Origin: Selaginella moellendorffii
Lineage: Eukaryota > Plantae > Lycopodiophyta
NCBI RefSeq assembly: GCF_000143415.4
Contig: NW_003314310.1
Location: forward strand, 471,904-535,903
Reading direction: 5' to 3'
DNA length: 64,000 nt
The translations under genes and the position numbers were made by a program. The notes beneath the pieces were generated by a model that saw nothing but the letters and a program-made list of their open reading frames with translations, made no database searches and was not told where the DNA came from. Positions 21,391-37,665 of this stretch are shown one piece after another. The stretch's first letter is position 1. Each line of letters begins with the position of its first letter.

Positions 21391-23141
21391 TGTGAGACAT
21401 TAATCCCAAAGTCCCAAAAGTGGAGCCAAAAGGGTGCCATGTAGTAGTGGCCGAAGCGGAAACCAAACGAGTGCAACACATTTGGACTAAAAGCTTTGAC
21501 TTGAAAAGTCGAGAGTGGGAGTAGAACTCCCCAAAGAAGGGCTTGAGGAAAAAGGTCAAAACAAGCAATAAATGAGTCTCTAGAAAAGGGACATGAGATG
21601 GACCTAAGATGAACCCGAGATGGAGTCCGAGATGGAGTCTAAGATGGATCCGAGATTCTCAAACTCCATCTTGGATTCCATCTCGGACTCCATCTTAGAC
21701 TCCATCTCGGATCCATCTCAGATCTATCATGGACTCCATCTCAGACTCTATCTCGGGTCCATCTTGAACTCCACATGGAGTCCGAGATGAACCTGAGATG
21801 GAGTCCAAGGTGGAGTCTGAGATGGACCCGAGATGGAGTCCAAGATGGGGTCCGAGATGGAATCCAAGATGGAGTCCAAGATGGACCCGAGATGGAGTCT
21901 GAGATGGACCTGAAATGGAGTCCGAGATGGACCTGAGATGGAGTCTGAGTGGAGTTTGAGATGGACCTAAAATGGAGTCCGAGATGGACCTGAGATGGAG
22001 TCTGAGTGGAGTCTGAGATGGACTTGAGATAGAGTCTGAGATGTGGAGTCCAAGATGGAGTCTGAGATGGACCCAAGATGGAATCCGAGATAGAACCGAG
22101 ACCAAGTCTGAGTCCGAGTCCGAATACTAATACAGGCTGTTGGGTGAAAGCCCAAAGTATTCGTCCCCCGGGGGGGGTGTAGGGGTTCCAAAAGTATAGT
22201 AGGGATAGTGTGGGGGTTGGACCCCAGTGGAGCCAATTTGGCTAGAAAAGGCTAGTTTGGCCCAGTTTGGCCATACCAGCTGTTGGGTGATGAGATAACT
22301 ATTAGGAAGTTCAAGGCTAGAGTGAATACAGACTGATAAGTGGGGTAGTTTGGTGAAGTGTTCAAGAGCCGGCTATAATTCCCTCGAGAGATTTAATGGT
22401 TGATGCTCTTAGTCCAAGCATGGGTGGCACTACCTACTTGGATACCTAGTGTGGCTCAACGGAACCTCACTCTAAGCCCATGGTTAAAGCACTCAAAGAC
22501 AGAAGGTGGGGAGAGTACCTATGAGGCTTGCGTAGGGCCACGGTGTTCTAAAATGTTGTATTAAAGTCCCAAACTATGGAAAAGAAGAGAAGTGATCCTT
22601 TGGTGTAGTGACCAAGGATACGTTCATATGGTGAGGAAGTCCCAAAGGACAATGGGACTTAATGGTCGGGCTTGTGGGCTTTGTCCTAGTGGTGGTGTTG
22701 GCGAACACCACCATGGACAGAAAAGGGATTTGGTGGGGACTGTAAAAGGGATATTGGGGAAGGGTATTCCCTATGTATGTGGGCATCTTAAAGATGCTAA
22801 GGAGTGGATCTAAGATAGTTACTCATGGACGGATGGCCAAGTCTTTGAGAGACGGGATTGCGATGCAGGTGGTGTTGGACCATTGGTGTGACCAAGGTGA
22901 ATGGGCATGGCCTTAGCGTAATAGGCTGGTATAGTGGTGGTACCTTGGGGTGTCGGTCATGGGATTAGACATGTGGAGCACTTGGACTAAGTGCAAAGGT
23001 TGAGTGGTATGGATGCCATTCTTGGGGCTAGTAAGCCCTAAGTCCTGAATTAGACTTATGGATGTTGTGAATGAGACTCCTCTAAATGGTCGGAGGTGTG
23101 GTTAAGTGATTAAAGTCGAATGGAAAAATTAATCACTTACA
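21391..23141 (+). mobile_element. 3' LTR of a related, decayed gypsy element (degenerate interior ~20300-21390)
   Basis: PPT CTATGGGTGGTGGAGT then TGTGAG...CTTACA. Has a 12-bp GGAGTCCGAGAT array (21595-22125) and the shared GGGTGAAAGCCCAAAG...AAAAGTATAGTAGGGATAGTG core. Confidence 0.8.
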
Positions 23142-25339
23142 AAAGCTTTTAGCATCATTCACAAGTGGGGGCATGCTTTCAACCCAAAACTCTGGTAAAA
23201 GTGACTCAACCTTTGGAACAGGGGAATACTCAACACTAAAACTGATCAAAGACTCTATCAACAAAAAAAAAGCAAGATTTTCAACTTCATGGACACACTC
23301 AACATCCAAATAGTATAAGGAAGATAGAAAACACTCAACTTAACACTGGACTGAGAATAAGAATCATGAGAGTTACAAATTATTGACATGCTAGGAGAAG
23401 ATGTAGATGAGGAAGAAATACTAAGAATATAAGAAGGTGGCTCATGCCAAGAAAAAAAAAAAAAGGTTAGAAAAAAGGAGAAGGGAAAGAGAAATGATCA
23501 AATGGCAGATTAAAAGATTGACACCTACCCCGTGAAATCTCCACTTCATCTCCAAAGCTATCTCCATAATAATCAAGTTCATTATCACACTCTGGAATCC
23601 ATTTGAGCTTGTACACATTATCTTCCTATAAACTTGATCCTTAAACATTCTCCAAAAATTGGATTGCATCATCCAAAACTCGCCAATCAATGTCACAATT
23701 ACACTTTATATCAGCGGGAGATGGCAAAATACTGAGAATAGGACAAACTGTGTAATCATGTCCCATGGAAGCTGGAAATGGCAACACATCAAGGATAGGT
23801 GCAATACCAACATGATTACACCAAAAGTTTAGGATTTCTTGGTTATTTGCTCAGAGACTCAGAGACTAAGAACCAAGATAAACATATCTACCATAACTAT
23901 GATATTTTGAAACTTAAATAAAAGTTTCCAGTAAAGAAGATTAATTTGTAAAAACAACAAATATAGTTTTTTAAGATAGTTCCTGCATAAACTCTATATA
24001 TACTGTATTCTCATCTCTGTTACATAATATAGACAGTCTATACATATTTATAAAGTTATCACCAAAAACCAAGAAATATATTATCTTTAGTTCTAAATAA
24101 TATGAAAATTCAAAATTTAAAGAAAGCAGAAGATTCAAGTATAAAAAGCATATCCAAATATCTTGTATTGATAAACTTTGACAGGATTTCCAACCAGAGC
24201 CATGGCTATTTGTTCCAAACCCTGATCTAAGCTCATTATCAAAAACTATCCCCATGATTTGTAAGTGAAAATAAAGCCACTTGACTAAGTACCTACTGGA
24301 AGCTCACAAGTATCATTTGGCTGGAAGTTGTGCTTTGCATCCTTTGAACAACAATATCGAAGCAGTCTCTCAATCCCCCGTGCTTAACCGTTTAGGGTTT
24401 AGGGTTTAGGGTTAGCTAAACCCAGAATACAGCACAACAAACAACATCACAGATCTGCCAACATCAATATATTTCCAGCTAGCAACAAGTCTCTGAGTTT
24501 TTCTTTTCAAACAATGCAAGTTGCATCCATTTCCTGAGTAGAAGCTGCTTTTAAAGTATTTATCTCATGCCCAAGCAACTCTTCTTCTTCCTTCTTGAAT
24601 GAACAATTGTAAGTAGTGTAACAATGATAGCATGGTCTGACTAGCTGCTTCTTTGAAATGTTTGACTCTGATTGCTACACAAGTGTGCTTTACTATGTTT
24701 TGATATCTGATAGTGTTATTACTTTTTAAATGCATGTTCAAATTTCTTTATATTTGCAGTTGAGTACTGGCTGTGTATTGATACCTCCCACTTTGAACAG
24801 CACGTCCTGTAAACTCTGTATTATTATATAATATAAACTATTTAGGTGTTACATATCACTCACATGAACACTTACCATTCTGGAAAAAGTGACAACTGTT
24901 GACTGTGATTATGGCTGAGAAAGATCTCTAGTTGCATCATGGCAATTGATACACATTCTAATAAATTTTATGATAAGAATTACTTTCTCAGGTTTAGTAT
25001 GCCCAAAAGCATACTTTAGAGATTTTAGTTTGCTGTGCATACAACCTCCATACTCTGTCAACTTATTTTCCTTATTTCCACATCTCAAATCTGGCCAAAA
25101 TTCATGTACTTTGCCATTATCATCACTCCAGAAACTTACTCCTTGTTTTTTCAATGCCTTTTGTTCTTTCCTTTCACGTTCTGTCCCTTGCTTTTCTTTG
25201 AACATACTTAATGTTTCATAAATATCTTGCATCATAACATAAGCAGATGCATCAGTTTTATCAGCTTTTACAATAACTTTAAATGCTAACTGAGCCACTT
25301 TACGCGAGGATGATCTCTTATGCCGGAGTCGTTCGGAGC

Positions 25340-25991
25340 CTGAGGCTAGCACGCATCTGGTTCCAAAGGCAAGGGGCTCAAGCAATCGACGAAGTGCTGC
25401 AACGCTCTCATCCTCGCCTACGCCAAGAAAGGTGACGCTTAAACCGCACTCTCCATCCTCGAACAGATGAAAGCCTTCCGTAAGGGGTGCTCGCCAAACG
25501 CAGTCACGTACTACATCCTCATCGCCATGTTTGCGAGGTTGGGGGATGCGCCAGGCCTTGCAAATCTCCTGGGCGACAGCAAGTGCTCGAGCTTCCGTCC
25601 CGATGCCATGACTTACAACACTCTCCTCTGCGGCTACTCGAAGATGGGAATGCCGGAGGATTTCGACAAGACACACAGGGAAATGGTGGAGGAGGAGGAG
25701 GAACTTAGCAAGGAGAGCTACAACGCATTGCTCGTTGGATACCCGTGGCTGGATCGTCTCGACGAGCTCCAGCGCTGTGTGGGGGCGATGCTAGCCAGGG
25801 AGATGAGTCTGGCATCGCCACTGGTGGCGGAAGAGATCGCCAAGGCTTACAGAAGAAATGGATGGGTGGAAGGATTGGACACGGTGATCCAGCTTGAGGA
25901 AAAAAGTCCCGGGATTTCTCCAACGTTCCAAAGCTTTGTAAATGCTTGCAATGACGATTTAGAAAAAAAGGAGGCGCTTGTTTCAAGATAA
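25340..25991 (+). pseudogene. P-class PPR gene fragment (shorter inverted copy at ~13920-14285)
   Basis: GCSPNAVTYYILI, FRPDAMTYNTLLCGYSKMG and ESYNALLVGY; antisense to the neighbouring PLS/DYW fragments. Confidence 0.75.
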
Positions 25992-26329
25992 GTTTTTACT
26001 TGTTTTTCATTACAATCCATGTGATTAACTTTGAATACTATTTTGTGTGGTCTCTTCCAGCTTTTTCCAGAATATGGACTCACTGGTTGTGTCCACTGGA
26101 AGAATTTCTTTAAAACCATGCTTCTGGCATTCATGGTATGTGGCAAACAAAAGCTGCAACAAAAGAAAAATCCCAACAAGAATCCAACAGGGCTGCAAAT
26201 TGTAGAAAATTGACTGATACCACTGTTCAGGTTGAACTTTTGTGCATTCTCTAGTCACGTTGACCAGATTCTGGAAATAGATAAACCCTAAACTGACGTT
26301 TAAATCTATGCACTCAATCTCTGGATACA

Positions 26330-28500
26330 TATTGGACAGCAGCACCGTTGACCCCGCAAAACCCGGGCTAATCCCCACCGCGTTCCATGCTGCCACAGCC
26401 CGCACGTCCCCGTGCACATTGCAGCACCCCAGCAGCGTGTTCCACGCCACCACTGGAACGGCATATTCCTCACCACGTCCTCCGCCCGCCCGACAAACCC
26501 CACCTGCCCCAGCACGTCCACCATGCACTTCCAGTGGTTGGGCCATGCTGCCAGGCAGTGGTCCTCAACCATGGACACGAAGAAATGCCGCGCCTGGGCA
26601 TGGCTGCACGAGTTGAGGATGCTGACGTAGGTGACGCTGGATGCCCTCGAGGTGCATGTCACAGTAGAGGAGGATGGCATATTCGGCATGGCTGTGGTGG
26701 GCGTATCCCGCCACTAGGGAACTCCATGTCACTGTGTCGCAGGCTCTCATGCGGTGGAAGGCGGCGGTGGCGTCTCCCATGCTGCCGCAGCGCGCATACA
26801 TGCTAACCAGCGCATTGCCCAAGAATCTCCGGATTCACGGCACATAGCTCAGCGTGGATGCGCCGCCCCTCGGCGAGCTTGCCCATGCTGGCATGGGCAC
26901 ACAGGAGAATGACGGCCATGATGCAATCGGGCTTTAGAATGGAGTCCGAGATGGTGGAGGCCGAGGTGTTAGTGGAGTCCGAGCTCTTCACACTCTTTGT
27001 GTACAAACTAGAGTCCGAGCTCGCAGAGACCGAGCACCTCAAGCCGGACTCCATGGTCCTCGAGTTCCCAGCAACAATGCAATTGCTTCCTCGTTGTATC
27101 CGTGCTGCATATAAGATCCCATCATCGCGTTCCATGACACCAAGTTCTTCTTCTCAATCCCATCAAACACCCACCTTGCCTCCTCCAGGCTGCCGCACTG
27201 CGCGTACATGTTGATGAGCGCATTCTGGATCTGGATCTTGAGCATGAAGTTGGAGGAAGCAACGCGAGCGTGGAGCTTTCTCGCGAGGCCGACGTCCCCG
27301 ACCAGTGATCCGGTGTAGATTACGTTGATCGACTGCCCGACCATCTTGTCGTAGAGCTCGAGAGCTTTGGATCCATTGCCGTGAAAGGTGTAAGCAGTGA
27401 GCATGGCCGTCCAGGACACAACGTTCTTGCCTGGGATTCTCTGAAAAATCCTCTCGGTGGCCTCTAGATCTCCACACTTGGCGTAGGCAGTGACAAGCGA
27501 GTTCTCCAAGCTCAAATCTGGAGGTGAGTGCACCGCGGCGAGCTCCAGCTGCGAGTGGATCCGCTTGCACGATCGCAAGCACCCAGGGCTCGAGCAGGCA
27601 CTTAGAACTCCCAGAAAGCTCACGTCGTCGGGCTTGATCCCTTCCAAGTTCATGCCCTGGAAGAGGCCCATCGCCGTGCAAGACTGTGTGTGGCCGCGAT
27701 CATGCTGTTCCACGAGACCCTGTTGTGATCTTCCATCCTCTGGAACACCACAAGTGCTTCCTCCGTGCTGCCACCCTTCGCGTACATCGAAACGAGCGCA
27801 TTCTGGATCGTGATGTCTCCGTGGAGGCTCAGGTTGATCATGGCGGCGTGGATCTTCCTGCCCTGATTGAGAAATTCCCTGCTGGAGCACGCAGTGATTG
27901 CCACGACGAAGGTCACCGGATTGGGCTGGACGCGAGCTTGGATCATCCCCTTGAGCGTCTCGAGCGCCTGGCGGCAATCCCCAATCTGGGCAAATGCGGT
28001 GATCATCGCAGTCCACGACATTACATCCTTGTGCGGTATCTGATCAAACACCGCCCTGGCCCGCTCGATCGCTCCACACTTGGCATACATGTTGAGAAGC
28101 GCTGTGCCGACGAACACACTCTTGCGGAGATCCGGGGAGAGAATTCTCGCGTGGATGGCCATGTCCAGCGCGAGATCCTTGGCACCGGAGCACGCAGCGA
28201 GTGTGCTCACGATCACCATTTAGTGGTTCCACATCCATGCGCTGGAGGAGATTGATCGCCTCGCGGCAATGCCCCGACTGCACGTAGGCCGCGATGATGC
28301 AGCTCCAAGACACCACATCTTTCTTGGGCATCTGATCGAAGACTGCACGCACGGCCGCGAGGCTGCTGGTGCCACCACATTTCCTGGACATCTGGATGAG
28401 GAGATTACTGAGGTGGACGCTCTGGTGTGGCGAGGATGTGATCATGGACGCGACAGCTGTCGGCGAGCGAGCTGGAGCGGATGCCGCCAATGGCAATAGC
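26330..28500 (-). pseudogene. PLS-class PPR pseudogene (inverted copy)
   Basis: GTALLNMYAKCGAIERARAVFD, DVVSWSCII and E-domain-like AWNTLLGCC in shifting frames. Confidence 0.88.
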
Positions 28501-28635
28501 AGCTGTGAGAGCACATCTTGGATGGATGGGAGCACATTTTTTGTTCATCAAACAATGATAATAATTTAATTTTATTAGAAAATATTATTTAAAATAATGC
28601 CTATTATTATGAGTGTTTAGGATATTGGAATAGAT

Positions 28636-29034
28636 ATATTAATTAGGGTTTAAACCCCTCTTTATATAAAAAAATTGCTACGCGTTGCATGTAGCAATAC
28701 TTGATTTGCTTAATACTAGTGTTATTATTACTTATTAATCCAATTGATCAAATAAAGTTTATAATTATAAGCATGTTTGTAATTTATATATATAAGATTA
28801 ATTTTATTACATATCAACCATTAGATGGTAGAATAAAAAAGAATATACTAGAAAAGGTTTAAGAAAGTTTATAAATTATAAACATGTTTATAAATTATAA
28901 ATACAAGATTAATCTAAATGAATAACAACCGTTAGATGGTAAAATATCCTAGAATATCCAAGCATATTCTAGGTATATTCACTACTATCCCAGTCCCCTT
29001 ATAGGTTTGCTTAAGCAAACCAACAAAAAGTGTG
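28636..29034. repeat. AT-rich dispersed repeat (non-autonomous DNA-transposon/Helitron-like); second copy at ~53345-53640
   Basis: Absent from the left arm of the inverted duplication. TTGCTACGCGTTGCATGTAGCAATACTTGATT... aligns with TTGCTGCATGTTGCATGCAGCAGTGCTTGATT...; both share ACAAGATTAATCTAAATGAATA. Confidence 0.7.
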
Positions 29035-30090
29035 GCAACAAATTCTCAAGGCGACACAAGAATTATAAAACATTTTGGAGTTCAAAGTTAAGAGTGGGGA
29101 TATTCTTCACAGGTTCAAAAGAGTAAGAAGTTCAGCCACTAATCTAGCTTGGAAATGCATTCAGTGTCAAGGATGGCACAAATGGATGCAAGTTTGGTGG
29201 GATGTGATAGAAGTTAAAGTTGGCATGCCAGTTTGAGAGGCAATGGGCCATGAGTGTTGGGATATTTAGAGATGACAAGAGTGCAAGCACTTTAGGAAGC
29301 ACATAATCAATATCATTTTGACAGACAGTAGGTGAGGATATATGTAACGGTGGCCTTATGGTGGCATTGGGATTGCGCCTGAGGGGAGAATCAACACGAG
29401 GACAACTCATACAAAGTCACTCTAGACGAAGACTAAAACTTGGGAGTGACAGCTAGAAATTTCTTCTTTTGGCCAACACAAGGTATTGATATTGATAAAG
29501 TCAACATTGATATGAGAGAGAGAGAGAGATCCCAGCCGTTGGTCCCGTGTGAGAGGGAGTCCTTGGAAGCTGTCTTGAAATACAAATTCCGCATATTCAT
29601 TCTATCACACAACACAGGTACACAAGCTCCATTCATTCATGGCTGCTACTTTGCTCCATCAAATACTGTAAAACCCAACACACACACACACACACATGCA
29701 CACAATCACAATCACACACTGCAATTCCCAATCACTGCCTTCGAAAGCCGAAAGTGTACGACAGTCTCGTTGCTGGGGCTAGATCCTCCCCACCGAATGG
29801 CCTCAGAACTCTGGTAGTACCGGCACGTAAATCGTAGGCGTATAGCTCCTTGTGTGCCGTGACCATCGCACCACTACCGCCACGAGCCATCCATGCTTTT
29901 GCTGTGTGATCTGGAATGTCACGTAACTTGAAGTAGTGCTCCCGAACAGCTTCCGTGTCCATGTCGTGATGACAATGACTTGATTCTCGTTGAGTAGATT
30001 GCGACCGAACTTGGCAGCCGCGATAGCCACCACCCTCGTCGCTGCGTCCACGGAGAAAGCCACCTAAAACAATAGAGCTTTCCTTTTAGC

Positions 30091-32568
<2,478 letters not shown>

Positions 32569-32730
32569 CGCCCGCGAGGAAGAGAATAAAACTTTATAAA
32601 CCCTAAGGAGGGGTTTCACTGGTCCCAGGCTCGAGTCCGGCGAGATGGAGATTTCACCGAAAGCAGTTAAAAACTGACAAGAGGATAAACCCTAAAACCA
32701 AGAAGAACGAAGAACAGGGGAACTGCGGGT

Positions 32731-35274
32731 CTACTTGGACTGCGGGGAATTGGGATCCGAGCTCGCAACCGATGGGAAGGAATGAGAGCTGTGGCTGTCG
32801 TCCTTGCTCACCGCGACAAAATTTAGAGGGACAGTGGCGAGAGGCCTGGAATCCCTGCGATTGTTTCCTCCCGGAGTGCTTAGCCGGTGCCCATTTGTGC
32901 GAGGGGTCTCGGGGCTCACGGGCTGGAGGAGAGCTCCGCCCAGGGAGAGCCTTCTACTCATCATCCCATTGCTCCGGGGCTGGGCCTTTTTGATGCTGCT
33001 GCTTCGCGGCGTGCTGCTGGGCTTGGAGCCGAAGATGGATTCTTGCTCGGTGAGAAGTTGGTCTTGGAGCTTCTTTTGATCCTGGAAGAGAACCGATGGG
33101 GAGCGATCAAATGGAGAGCATTGGTGACGAGAAAGTTTTGCGTACCCTCATTCGCCGCTTCTCTTCATCCCTTTCGTGCCTCAAGAGGTTGTATTCTTCC
33201 AGCATTGCCAGTAATCTCACCTGTGGAACAAAAAAGAGAGAAAAAAAAAAAAAACATTCTTTTAGAGCAAGCAAGAGACCTCTATACAAAAATTGAAACA
33301 AGGAGTTGAAGGAATGGAAAATTTCCAGAAAGCTTGGAAACAAAGTTCGAAGTTGGAAGAACTTACCCCGTCGTACATGAAAAGTTGGCTTCTTTCTTCC
33401 TCCCAAGACCTCGTCCTTGCAATCAAAGACTCCACAAGAGCTGTGCAGCGAGATCGATCAATGCACTTATCACAAACAAGCGAAAAAAAAACGTTTTTTT
33501 TTCTACCAGGGAGCTTCGTAACGGTGACTCTAGCTCGCTCGGCACGCTTGAGATTAAGATGAGCGCCTCTACCACCAGCATACCGATTTTGATCCTAGAA
33601 AAACCACATTGTGAAGTTTTTCAAGCTCTTGGGAGCATAGAGACTAAAAGAACACACCTTGTTGTAGTCATCCAGCCAGCTCTCCTCCTCGCAAGCTCCC
33701 ATCCATCTCTCGATTTTGTCAAGAATGTCTCGCCGGCTAACAGCGTCTTCTTTCGCGTAGGCGATCTGTTCTTCTATCCTTGACAAGAGCTCCGATGGAT
33801 CCACCATACCTGTCGTGAAACTTCATCAAGCAACGAGAGAGAAAAAACGAGACAAATACTCTACCAGAATCGATGAGAGCATTGGTTTTATCTTGCGAGG
33901 TGCTGTTATCCGGCTCCATATGAGTCTGCCGGCAAATCTCCTCGAGCTCCAGCCTCTTTCTCATCACCAGCTCTTTCATCTTGCTCGCTTTGAGACGCTC
34001 CAGCCTCTCGACTTCCACCTCCGCCTAGATCATTACAAGAACAAACGAGAGAAAACGATGATCTTGAGTTGAAAGTTCTTGTCTAGATTGTTTACGCTAG
34101 TACCTCTTCGATTATGTCAAACGCAAGAGATCCAGGAACACACTCGGAGCTCGCGACGTTGCAAGTGAGGTGTCTAAACAGCTGCTGTTCTTCCTTTGGT
34201 GTCTCCATGAGATTCCACAAATCCACGAGCTTCGTCCCAAGTTCTTGCAGCTAGAAGCAAAAGAAAAGATGATCATACGATCACTTCCATGAACTTCAAA
34301 GAAATCCAGACCTTTTTGATCCGGCGCTTCTTTTCTTCCTCGAGTGACTGGATCGTGTTGGCCAGCCGATCCAGCGTCTCGTTGGTGATGCTCCTCGACT
34401 GCACGCTGTGGGAGTCATCCAAACTCGGGTGAACTTCGGTGATGATCTTGAAGAACTCGAGGCCCAGCTCGGCACAGAGGTCGTGCACACTGTTCACGTA
34501 CTCGAGAACCTTGTGAAGCCTGTTGCTCTGCGGTGAAAGGCAAAAACTCTCGTTAAGCTCTTTGGAAATCCAATGCTAGCCAACCTTTTCTTTCTGGAGT
34601 GCATGGAGCTGGGCTTGGTACTCCTCGAGCCTCCGCTGCGACAAATCCTCAAACTCCGCTTTAATGTCTCCGTTTGCGAGCTGGGAAGTCGCGGAGCCAA
34701 CGATCTCGCCGGATATCTTCTGAATTTGCGACGAGATTTCGTTGAAGTGCTTAAGCCGCTCGTCCTTCTTCACTCGCAGCTCCTCCAGCTGAGGAGCCAC
34801 TCCTTTAACCTGCTCCCGCAAAGTTCCAGAGGCTTTCTTCTCACCCTGAGAGCAAAGTTCCAAGATAAGCACACGAGCACGAAGAAACAGCGGAAAAAGC
34901 AAAAGAATGAAAAACAAAACCACACTTTTGCCAAAGAACATAGAAGAACTCACTCGAGTGAAAGTTGGATGTTCTCCAAGAGCCGAGTGAAGAGTCTGGA
35001 GCTCGGCCTCGGAGTCGGCTAGAGCTTGGCGGAGCTTTGCCCGGACATGGCTGGCTTGATCTACTTTCCTCCTATACACCTCGAGACACTCTTGCTCCAG
35101 CTGCATTAGCATTCTATCCCGCTCTGTGTCATCCTCTCCAATCTCATCCCATATGTGCTGCAAGAAGAACAAACCCATCACGAATCCATCGCTACAGCCC
35201 TCTCGTACCTGGAGCTCCCGCAGCAAAGATCCACACGTAGATTCCACCATCTGGGCCTGTGTGATCGAAGGCAT
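32731..35274 (-). CDS. MAP65: 65-kDa microtubule-associated protein (MAP65/Ase1 family), multi-exon
   Basis: [17 protein letters not shown]...[43 protein letters not shown]. Confidence 0.95.
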
Positions 35275-37665
35275 GGGCGGCTATGGTGGGTCTTTGTAGC
35301 TCTCAGTTCTTAGTTCTTCCTTCTAACGCATTGTGACAATGAATGAGAGAGAACCACCCACGTACAGTGGGATTGATGCTTACCTTGGCACCCACACCAC
35401 TACGATTGTCACACTCGCGCGCTCACAAAGGCTCCATTTTTTCTTGTTTCTTCCAGTGGTACCTCAAACAGCGACCTGCGATAGCGCACAAAAAATGGAG
35501 ATTTGAGTGAGTGTTCTTCCTCGTCTCTCGCAGATCTCTCGCAACCAAGGAAGCCCTTTTGAATCTATGGGTCTCTCATTCTTCTAGCAGCCCATTCACA
35601 TTCACTCTCATTTCCTTCTCGCGCATTCAAACCAGGAAGGAGAGGAGAGTAATAAAGCCCAGCAGCGGAGTCTCAAAGATAAAGTGGAAGAGAAAAAGGA
35701 GCAAAAAAAAGAGGGAGAGAGGAAAAATAAAAATTCTGTCCACTGCAAAGCAAAGGGCGGAAAGAGGAAGGCAAGAAAAACACACCCAAGTTAATACCAA
35801 CACGGAGAGCTTAACCGACCACCATAGCCAGCAAGCTTGCAAAGCTAGAGGCAAAAATAATCTCCACTTTGGAATAGAAGCTTAGATTTGAGAATGTAGC
35901 ACTGGGTGGTCTGGTAGACCCTTCTTTTCGCAAGTGGTGGTGACACCATCGACCAGGGAGATAAGAAAAAAAGGAGAAAAAACTCTGCCTTTGGGACAGA
36001 TCTTTGGCATTCACGAACGCTGCTATTGCCAGAAATGCATTGCACTGATTTTGGAACACTGCGGAGAAAGGAAGAATAGACAAAACCCACAGGCAGAAAA
36101 AAAGAAAAAAAGGAACAAAAGATAAGAGAGAAAATAAGATCTATGAAGAAGACTATGTAACTAGAAGAAGCTCGCTAGCTAGAAACAAAGCTATCACAAC
36201 ATACACAAGGCACGCATTGGAGTTTTAGAGCATACGATATCTTCTTCCTCCTCCTTCCTTTGTTTTCGTCATGGGCTGTTTAGCTCGATTCTTTTCGCTG
36301 CGTTTGATTTGATCGCCACACACTGGCCACTGCCACTGCACTGCGCGCTGCTGCCCAGCTTCTGAAAGCCCCCTTTGTTGTCGATCACTGTCTCTCGCCT
36401 CTATCAAAGCTTAAACAAACATGAACCCAGCTTAAAACCCAAAAAGAAAAGCAGGAAAAAAACGATTTTTAAGCAGAAAAACTTGAAAATTCCCATTTTT
36501 TTCTTACCGAGCGTTACTCGTTCTTGCCCAAGGCGTGGGTTTTACAGCATTTGATGCAGCAAAGTAGCAGCCATGAATGAATGGAGATAGAAATGGACTA
36601 ACTTTGTGCGTTTTTACCTTGAACACCAGGGGAAAATCAGGGGATTTAGTCAGCGCCGCATGTCATAAGCCGGACCCTTCCGGATTTAGCATGCCTATGT
36701 CATAAGCCAGTACCAGCACCCCTGACACTGAAAGCCTACCAACACAAAACAACAAAAGAAAGCCACCATTGCATATCTAAATCTTGGGCTATAGAATCCA
36801 AAGCCCTATCTCCACATTTCCCACTCTTTTCCCCTCCAATTTTTATGTTCTTCCCTCAAAATTCGCCGTGCCCCATGTCATACAAGACCAGTAAAATCCC
36901 AATCTTGTCAACATTGGTCATGTCACACTCCCAGGAACTTGGGCTTGCATTTCTCTAGCCAAATTTTTACATGCTCTTGCACATGCCTTGTCCACAGGAT
37001 TTCTGAGTCAAAGTTAAATGTTATGACAGTAAGAAAAAGCCTTAAAAACGTGACTTTTTTTCACCTTGGCGCAAAGAGGATTCGAACCCAGGATCACCCA
37101 AGGTGGTCAATTCCCCCTTCGTTGACAAGGACAGTCCTACGCTGTGCGTGCAATGCAAACGTTTCACCAAAAATTTCATCGATTGATGCAAGCGTTCGTT
37201 GGCTTTGTATTTTCCCGAAGTATTTTTGTAACAAGAAAAATAACGAATATTTTATTTCGGAAAAGAAATGGCTTGCAATTCGATCGATGATGGAATCGAG
37301 AGAGATATCGTTGCGTGAAGTAAAAAGAGGCTCAATTATCACTGTCGCTGTGTGTTCTTGTCTGGTACTCACCAAGCATGGCCTTCACTCCATCATCTCC
37401 TATCAAACAACGAACTTTTTAGGGTTTCTTTGGTTCTTGCCCGATCCAGGGATCGAATCCCTTTAGCAGTGTGCAAAACTCGCGGGATTCGAACCCTCCA
37501 CGTGCCAAGCAAACCTAAACCCGGGGCATTCTAGGGTTTGAGCGTGTGGCGCGTGGCTCGTGGAATCGATCGGCCGGTGGATTGATTTGGCGCTACATTT
37601 CCCGGATTCTGATCGCGAGCAGCGGTATTTTGGGTAGAGTATGATCCATCGGCCTCGCGCAGAGG

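Larger units (their letters stand above)
23871..29364 (-). repeat. Right arm of the large inverted duplication
   Basis: Same PPR, DYW and AT-rich blocks as 10871-16080 in reverse order; extra insertion at ~28636-29034. Confidence 0.9.

Noticed and set aside
23400-23870. Coding-like minus-strand remnant in the spacer
   Set aside because: Interrupted by stops; no family recognisable without a search.
29732-30063. Small gene downstream of LysRS
   Set aside because: Two overlapping short frames after a possible acceptor with no recognisable motif; may be a decayed exon but cannot be supported.
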